A model generated the notes under the pieces. That model searched no databases, was not told the origin of the DNA, and was given only the letters and a program-made list of their open reading frames with translations. This document shows positions 56,541-64,000 of a stretch of 64,000 nt of DNA, in pieces (the first letter of the stretch is position 1; each line of letters begins with the position of its first letter). The translations under genes and the position numbers were made by a program. The stretch comes from Octopus vulgaris (taxonomy: Eukaryota), in contig OX597829.1 of assembly GCA_951406725.2 (NCBI GenBank), forward strand, positions 58,696,711 to 58,760,710, given 5' to 3'.

Positions 56541-59500
56541 AGCTTAATGATAACTAAGTTATTTTACTAAATTCTTTGTTATATTTAAAATTAATTGAAA
56601 GAAACACAGAGCATCTTAAAGTAATTGAACAGTACCCACCTGAAACTGCTTCTGTCTCTGAGTACAAATGTCTTGTTTTCATAAGTTTTGAATTAAAAAT
56701 CTTCCACCAAACCTTAGTCACAATTTATGTTCCTAACATTAGCTTAATGATAACTAAGTTATTTTACTAAATTCTTTGTTATATTTAACCCTTTTGATAC
56801 CAACCCGACTGTAACCGGCTCTGGCTCTGAGTACAAATGTCTTGTTTTCATAAGTTTTGAATTAAAATCTTCCACCAAACCTTAGTCACAATTTATGTTC
56901 CTAACACTAGCTTAATGATAACTAAGTTATTTTACTAAATTCTTTGTTATATTTAACCCTTTTGATACCAACCCGACTGTAACCGGCTCTGGCTCTAAGT
57001 ACAAATGTCTTGTTTTCATAAGTTTTGAATTAAAATCTTCCACGAAACCTTAGTCACAATTTATGTTCCTAACACTAGCTTAATGATAACTAAGTTATTT
57101 TACTAAATTCTTTGTTATATTTAACCCTTTTGATACCAACCCGACTGAAACCACCTCTGGTAGTACAAATGTCTTGTTTTCATAAGTTTTGAATTAAAAT
57201 CTTCCACCAAACCTTAGTCACAATTTATGTTCCTAACACTAGCTGAATGATAACTAAGTTATTTTACTAAATTCTTTGTTATATTTAACCCTTTTGATAC
57301 CAACCCGACTGAAACCGGCTCTGGCTCTGAGTACAAATGTCTTGTTTTCATAAGTTTTGAATTAAAATCTTCCACCAAACCTTAGTCACAATTTATGTTC
57401 CTAACACTAGCTTAATTATAACTAAGTTATTTTACTAAATTCTTTGTTATATTTAACAGTTTTGATACCAAACCGACTGAAACCGTCTCTGGCTCTGAGT
57501 ACAAATGTCTTGTTTTCATAAGTTTTGAATTAAAATCTTCCACCAAACCTTAGTCACAATTTATGTTCCTAACACTAGCTGAATGATAACTAAGTTATTT
57601 TACTAAATTCTTTGTTATATTTAACCCTTTTGATACCAACCCGGCTGAAACCGGCTCTGGCTCTGAGTACAAATGTCTTGTTTTCATAAGTTTTGAATTA
57701 AAATCTTCCACGAAACCTTAGTCACAATTTATGTTCCTAACACTAGCTTAATTATAACTAAGTTATTTTACTAAATTCTTTGTTATATTTAACCCTTTTG
57801 ATACCAAACCGACTGAAACCGTCTTTGGCTCTGAGTACAAATGTCTTGTTTTCATAAGTTTTGAATTAAAATCTTCCACAAACCTTAGTCACAATTTACG
57901 TTCCTAACACTAGCTGAATGATAACTAAGTTATTTTACTAAATTCTTTGTTATATTTAACCCTTTTGATACCAACCCAACTGTAACCGGCTCTGGCTCTG
58001 GGTACAAATGTCTTGTTTTCATAAGTTTTGAATTAAAATCTTCCACCAAACCTTAGTCACAATTTATGTTCCTAACACTAGCTGAATGATAACTAAGTTA
58101 TTTTACTAAATTCTTTGTTATATTTAACCCTTTTGATACCAACCCGGCTGAAACCGGCTCTGGCTCTGAGTACAAATGTCTTGTTTTCATAAGTTTTGAA
58201 TTAAAATCTTCCACGAAACCTTAGTCACAATTTATGTTCCTAACACTAGCTTAATGATAACTAAGTTATTTTACTAAATTCTTTGTTATATTTAACCCTT
58301 TTGATACCAACTCGGCTGAAACCGGCTCTGGCTCTGAGTACAAATGTCTTGTTTTCATAAGTTTTGAATTAAAATCTTCCACCAAACCTTAGTCACAATC
58401 TATGTTCCTAACACTAGCTGAATGATAACTAAGTTATTTTACTAAATTCTTTGTTATATTTAACCCTTTTGATACCAACCGACTGAAACCGGCTCTGGCT
58501 CTGAGTACAAATGTCTTGTTTTCATAAGTTTTGAATTAAAATCTTCCACGAAACCTTAGTCACAATTTATGTTCCTAACACTAGCTGAATGATAACTAAG
58601 TTATTTTACTAAATTCTTTGTTATATTTAACCCTTTTGATACCAACCCGACTGAAACCGGCTCTGGCTCTGAGTACAAATGTCATGTTTTCATAAGTTTT
58701 GAATTAAAATCTTCCACCAAACCTTAGTCACAATTTATGTTCCTAACACTAGCTGAATGATAACTAAGTTATTTTACTAAATTCTTTGTTATATTTAACC
58801 CTTTTGATACCAACCCGGCTGAAACAGGCTCTGGCTCTGAGTACAAATGTCTTGTTTTCATAAGTTTTGAATTAAAATCTTCCACCAAACCTTAGTCACA
58901 ATTTATGTTCCTAACACTAGCTGAATGATAACTAAGTTATTTTACTAAATTCTTTGTTATATTTAACCCTTTTGATATCAACTCGGCTGAAACCGGTCTG
59001 GCTCTGAGTACAAATGTCTTGTTTTCATAAGTTTTGAATTAAAATCTTCCACCAAACCTTAGTCACAATTTATGTTCCTAACACTAGCTGAATGATAACT
59101 AAGTTATTTTACTAAAATCTTTGTTATATTTAACCCTTTTGATACCAACCCGGCTGAAACCGGCTCTGGCTCTGGGTACAAATGTCTTGTTTTCATAAGT
59201 TTTGAATTAAAATCTTCCACCAAACCTTAATCACAATTTATGTTCCTAACACTAGCTTAATGATAACTAAGATATCTTACTAAATTCTTTGTTATATTTA
59301 ACCCTTTTGATACCAACCCGGCTGAAACCGGCTCTGGCTCTGAGTTCAAATGTCTTGTTTTCATAAGTTTTGAATTAAAATCTTCCACGAAACCTTAGTC
59401 ACAATTTATGTTCCTAACACTAGCTTAATGATAACTAAGTTATTTTACTAAATTCTTTGTTATATTTAACACTTTTGATACCAAACCGACTGAAACCGTC

Positions 59501-61647
59501 TCTGGCTCTGAGTACAAATGTCTTGTTTTCATAAGTTTTGAATTAAAATCTTCCACGAAACCTTAGTCACATTTTATGTTCCTAACACTAGCTTAATGAT
59601 AACTAAGTTATTTTACTAAATTCTTTGTTATATTTAACACTTTTGATACCAAACCGACTGAAACCGTCTCTGGCTCTGAGTACAAATGTCTTGTTTTCAT
59701 AAGTTTTGAATTAAAATCTTCCACGAAACCTTAGTCACAATTTATGTTCCTAACACTAGCTGAATGATAACTAAGTTATTTTACTAAATTCTTTGTTATA
59801 TTTAACCCTTTTGATACCAACCCGACTGAAACCGGCTCTGGCTCTGGGTACAAATGTCATGTTTTCATAAGTTTTGAATTAAAATCTTCCACCAAACCTT
59901 AGTCACAATTTATGTTCCTAACACTAGCTGAATGATAACTAAGTTATTTTACTAAATTCTTTGTTATATTTAACCGTTTTGATATCAACTCGGCTGAAAC
60001 CGGTCTGGCTCTGAGTACAAATGTCTTGTTTTCATAAGTTTTGAATTAAAATCTTCCACCAAACCTTAGTCACAATTTATGTTCCTAACACTAGCTGAAT
60101 GATAACTAAGTTATTTTACTAAAATCTTTGTTATATTTAACCCTTTTGATACCAACCCGGCTGAAACCGGCTCTGGCTCTGGGTACAAATGTCTTGTTTT
60201 CATAAGTTTTGAATTAAAATCTTCCACCAAACCTTAATCACAATTTATGTTCCTAACACCAGCTTAATGATATCTAAGTTATTTTACTAAATTCTTTGTT
60301 ATATTTAAAATTAATTGAAAGAAACACAGAGCATCTCAAAATAATTACAGAACCCACCTGAAACTGCTTCTGTCTCTGAGTACAAATGTCTTGTTTTCAT
60401 AAGTTTTGAATTAAAATCGTCCACGAAACCTTAGTCACAATTTATGTTCCTAACACTAGCTTAATTATAACTAAGATATCTTACTAAATTCTTTGTTATA
60501 TTTAACCCTTTTGATACCAACCCGACTGAAAACGGCTCTGGCTCTGAGTTCAAATGTCTTGTTTTCATAAGTTTTGAATTAAAATCTTCCACGAAACCTT
60601 AGTCACAATTTATGTTCCTAACACTAGCTTAATGATATCCAAGTTATTTTACTAAATTCTTTGTTATATTTAACCCTTTTGATACCAACCCAACTGAAAC
60701 TGCTTCTGTCTCTGAGTACAAATGTCTTGTTTTCATTAGCTTTGAATTAAAATCTTCCACCAAACCTTAGTCACAATTTATGTTCCTAACACTAGCTGAA
60801 TGATAACCAAGTTATTTTACTAAATTCTTTGTTATATTTAACCCTTTTAATACCAACCCAACTGAAACTGGCTCTGGCTCTGAGTTCAAATGTCTTGTTT
60901 TCATAAGTTTTGAATTAAAATCTTCCACCAAACCTTAGTCACAATTTATGTTCCTAACATTAGCTTAATGAGAACTAAGATATCTTACTAAATTCTTTGT
61001 TACATTTAACCCTTTTGATACCAACCCAGCTGAAACCGGTTCTGGCTCAGGGTACAAATGTCTTGTTTTCATAAGTTTTGAATTCAAATCTTCCACCAAA
61101 CCTTAGTCACAATTTATGTTCCTAACACTAGCTTAATGATAACTATGACATCTTACTAAATTCTTTGTTATATTTAACCCTTTTGATACCAACCCGACTG
61201 AAACCGGCTCTGGCTCTGAGTACAAATGTCTTGTTTTCATTAACTTTGAATTAAAATATTCCACCAAACCTTAGTCACAATTTATGTTCCTAACACTAGC
61301 TGAATGATAACCAAGTTATTTTATTAAATTCTTTGTTATATTTAACCCTTTTAATACCAACCCAACTGAAACTGGCTCTGGCTCTGAGTTCAAATGTCTT
61401 GTTTTCATAAGTTTTGAATTAAAATCTTCCACGAAACCTTAGTCACAATTTATGTTCCTAACACTAGCTTAATGATAACTAAGATATCTTACTAAATTCT
61501 TTGTTATATTTAACCCTTTTGATACCAACCCGACTGATACCGTCTCTTGCTCTGGGTACAAATGTCTTGCTTTCATAAGTTTTGAATTAAAATCTTCCAC
61601 CAAACCTTAGTCACAATTTATGTTCCTAATACTAGCTTAATGATAAC

Positions 61648-62630
61648 AGTGTATGAGTCAGACACATTCTTGCGAGTGTATGGAGGGGAGAAGATCAGGT
61701 GTAGTGTTGGCGAATCTCAGAAAGCATGGAAGTTTTGAAGGATGCAGTGCTCCGACAACTAACAACTGATGCCGGCAGTTTGTTCCATGCTTCAGCAACT
61801 CTTAACGTGAAAAAATGTTTCCTGAAGTCATGGGAGCTGTGCTGTTTTCTGACTTTGTAAATATGTCCACGGGTGTTAGACGGGTGGAGTTTGAAAAGAT
61901 GCTCAGAGTTATTGTTAGTAAGATGGTTAATAATTTTAATAATAATGATGAAATTATTGTATACAGTGCTCAGGTGCACCACAACTCGTCAAAAGTGCGT
62001 TTAAAGAATATGCAGTAATGTACAAATGTCTGGGAAGTGAATAGTGTTTGAGTCAGATAGATGCTTGCGTGTGTATGGAGGGGAGAAAATCAGGTGTAGT
62101 GTTGGCGAATCTCAGGAAGCATGGAAGTTTTGAAGGATGCAGTGCTCAGACAATTAACAACTGATGCCGGCAGTTTGTTCCATGCTTGTGTGCGTATGGA
62201 GGGGAGAAAATCAGGTGTAGTGTTGGCGAATCTCAGAAAGCAAGGAAGTTTTGAAGGATGCAGTGCTCCGACAACTAACAACTGATGCCGGCAGTTTGTT
62301 CCATGCTTCAGCGTGTGTATGGAGGGGAGAAGATCAGGTGTAGTGTTGGCGAATCTCAGAAAGCAAGGAAGTTTTGAAGGATGCAGTGCTCCAACAACTA
62401 ACAACTGATGCCGGCAGTTTGTTCCATGCTTCAGCAACTCTTAACGTGAAAAAATGTTTCCTGAAGTCATGGGAGCTGTGCTGTTTTCTTACTTTGTAAA
62501 CATATCCACGGGTGTTAGACGGGTGGAGTTTGAAAAGGTGCTCAGAGTTATTGTTTGTAAGATGGTTAATAATTTTATGGGTGTCTGCCAAGTCAGCTGC
62601 CAGACGTCGGAGTTTCAATGTATCCATGCC
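61648..62630 (-). mobile_element. CR1-group LINE 3' fragments, two copies with a ~122-bp internal triplication
   Basis: TLKLRRLAADLADTHKII...NTRGYVYKVRKQHSSHDFRKHFFTLRVAEAWNKLPASVV; (ATT)n tail near 61940. Confidence 0.85.
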
Positions 62631-62825
62631 CAATTACAAATAAACAAAAACGAATAGAAGATATGGAGATTCGGATCCACACATATAAAGATGCATATCT
62701 ATCCATACAAACATGGTACATAGTTGCATAAAACAGACACACACACACAGATATGCACACACAAGGAGACAGAGGTGCATACATATACAAACACATGCTC
62801 ACACACACATACATACATACACAAG

Positions 62826-64000
62826 CGCAGGAGTGGCTGTGTGGTAAGTAGCTTGCTAACCAACCAACCACATGGTTCCAGGTTCAGTCCCACTACGTGG
62901 CATCTTGGGCAAGTGTCTTCTGCTATAGCCCCGGGCCGACCAAAGCCTTGTGAGTGGATTTGGTAGACGGAAACTGAAAGAAGCCCGTCGTATATATATA
63001 TATATATACATAGGCGCAGGAGTGGCAGTGTGGTAAGTAGCTTGCTTACCAACCACATGGTTCCGGGTTCAGTCCCACTGCGTGACATCTTGGGCAAGTG
63101 TCTTCTGCTATAGCCCCGGGCAGACCAATGCCTTGTGAGTGGATTTGGTTGACGGAAACTGAAAGAAGCCCATCGTATATATATATATATATACATAGAC
63201 GCAGGAGTGGCAGTGTGGTAAGTAGCTTGCTAACCAACCACATGGTTCCGGGTTCAGTCCCACTGCGTCGCATCTTGGGCAAGTGTCTTCTGCTATAGCC
63301 CCGGGCAGACCAATGCCTTGTGAGTGGATTTGGTTGACGGAAACTGAAAGAAGCCCATCGTATATATATATATACATAGGCGCAGGAGTGGCAGTGTGGT
63401 AAGTAGCTTGCTAACCAACCACATGGTTCCGGGTTCAGTCCCACTGCATCGCATCTTGGGCAAGTGTCTTCTGCTATAGCCCCGGGCAGACCAATGCCTT
63501 GTGAGTGGATTTGGTTGACGGAAACTGAAAGAAGCCCATCGTATATATATATATACATAGGCGCAGGAGTGGCAGTGTGGTAAGTAGCTTGCTAACCAAC
63601 CACATGGTTCCGGGTTCAGTCCCACTGCGTCGCATCTTGGGCAAGTGTCTTCTGCTATAGCCCCGGGCAGACCAATGCCTTGTGAGTGGATTTGGTTGAC
63701 GGAAACTGAAAGAAGCCCATCGTATATATATATATACATAGGCGCAGGAGTGGCAGTGTGGTAAGTAGCTTGCTAACCAACCACATGGTTCCGGGTTCAG
63801 TCCCACTGCGTCGCATCTTGGGCAAGTGTCTTCTGCTATAGCCCCGGGCAGACCAATGCCTTGTGAGTGAATTTGGTAGACGGAAACTGAAAGAAGCCTG
63901 TTGTATATATATATATAGGCGCAGGAGTGGCTGTGTGGTAAGTAGCTTGCTAACCAACCACATGGTTCCGGGTTCAGTCCCACTGCGTCGCATCTTGGGC
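62826..64000 (+). mobile_element. Young tandem array of SINE family A heads (~181-bp unit), runs off the window
   Basis: Heads at ~63013, 63198, 63379, 63560, 63741 and 63918; most share private variants ggcagtgtgg and gggcagacc. Confidence 0.9.

Larger units (their letters stand above)
53727..61648 (+). repeat. 168-bp tandem satellite (roughly 43 copies) derived from a piggyBac-like MITE
   Basis: Unit starts TTAA-CCCTTTTGATACC at 54201, 54369, 54537, etc.; longer variants continue aaattaattgaaagaaacacagagcatc at ~55538, ~55735, ~56588 and ~60308. Confidence 0.85.

Noticed and set aside
53727-61648. CRISPR-like regular repetition
   Set aside because: Whole 168-bp units repeat with no unique spacers; no cas genes; eukaryotic context.

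Overview
This is repeat-saturated eukaryotic DNA. The SINE, LINE and MITE families look like those of an octopus (cephalopod) genome; I infer this from recognising the repeats and have not verified it by search. Only two protein-coding exons can be supported, both on the minus strand (14127-14359 and 2397-2523). They have GT-AG boundaries, splice in frame, and encode part of the N-terminal pre-motor region of a KIF26A/KIF26B-like kinesin (kinesin-11). The rest of the window is probably intron of that gene. It contains four tRNA-derived SINE families (often as tandem arrays of half-elements), RTE and CR1-group LINE 3' fragments, three non-autonomous Helitron families (one as a head-to-tail concatemer), a ~7.9-kb 168-bp satellite built from a piggyBac-like MITE, and very long simple repeats. 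The least ordinary signal is a set of Penelope-type inverted repeats carrying type I hammerhead-ribozyme motifs: an intact-looking pair in a 170-bp inverted repeat (31029-31759), a degenerate pair in a ~570-bp palindrome just behind a splice donor, and one copy truncated at its cleavage site. Nearly all ORF-track entries are translations of repeats. No rRNA, true tRNA or CRISPR array was found.
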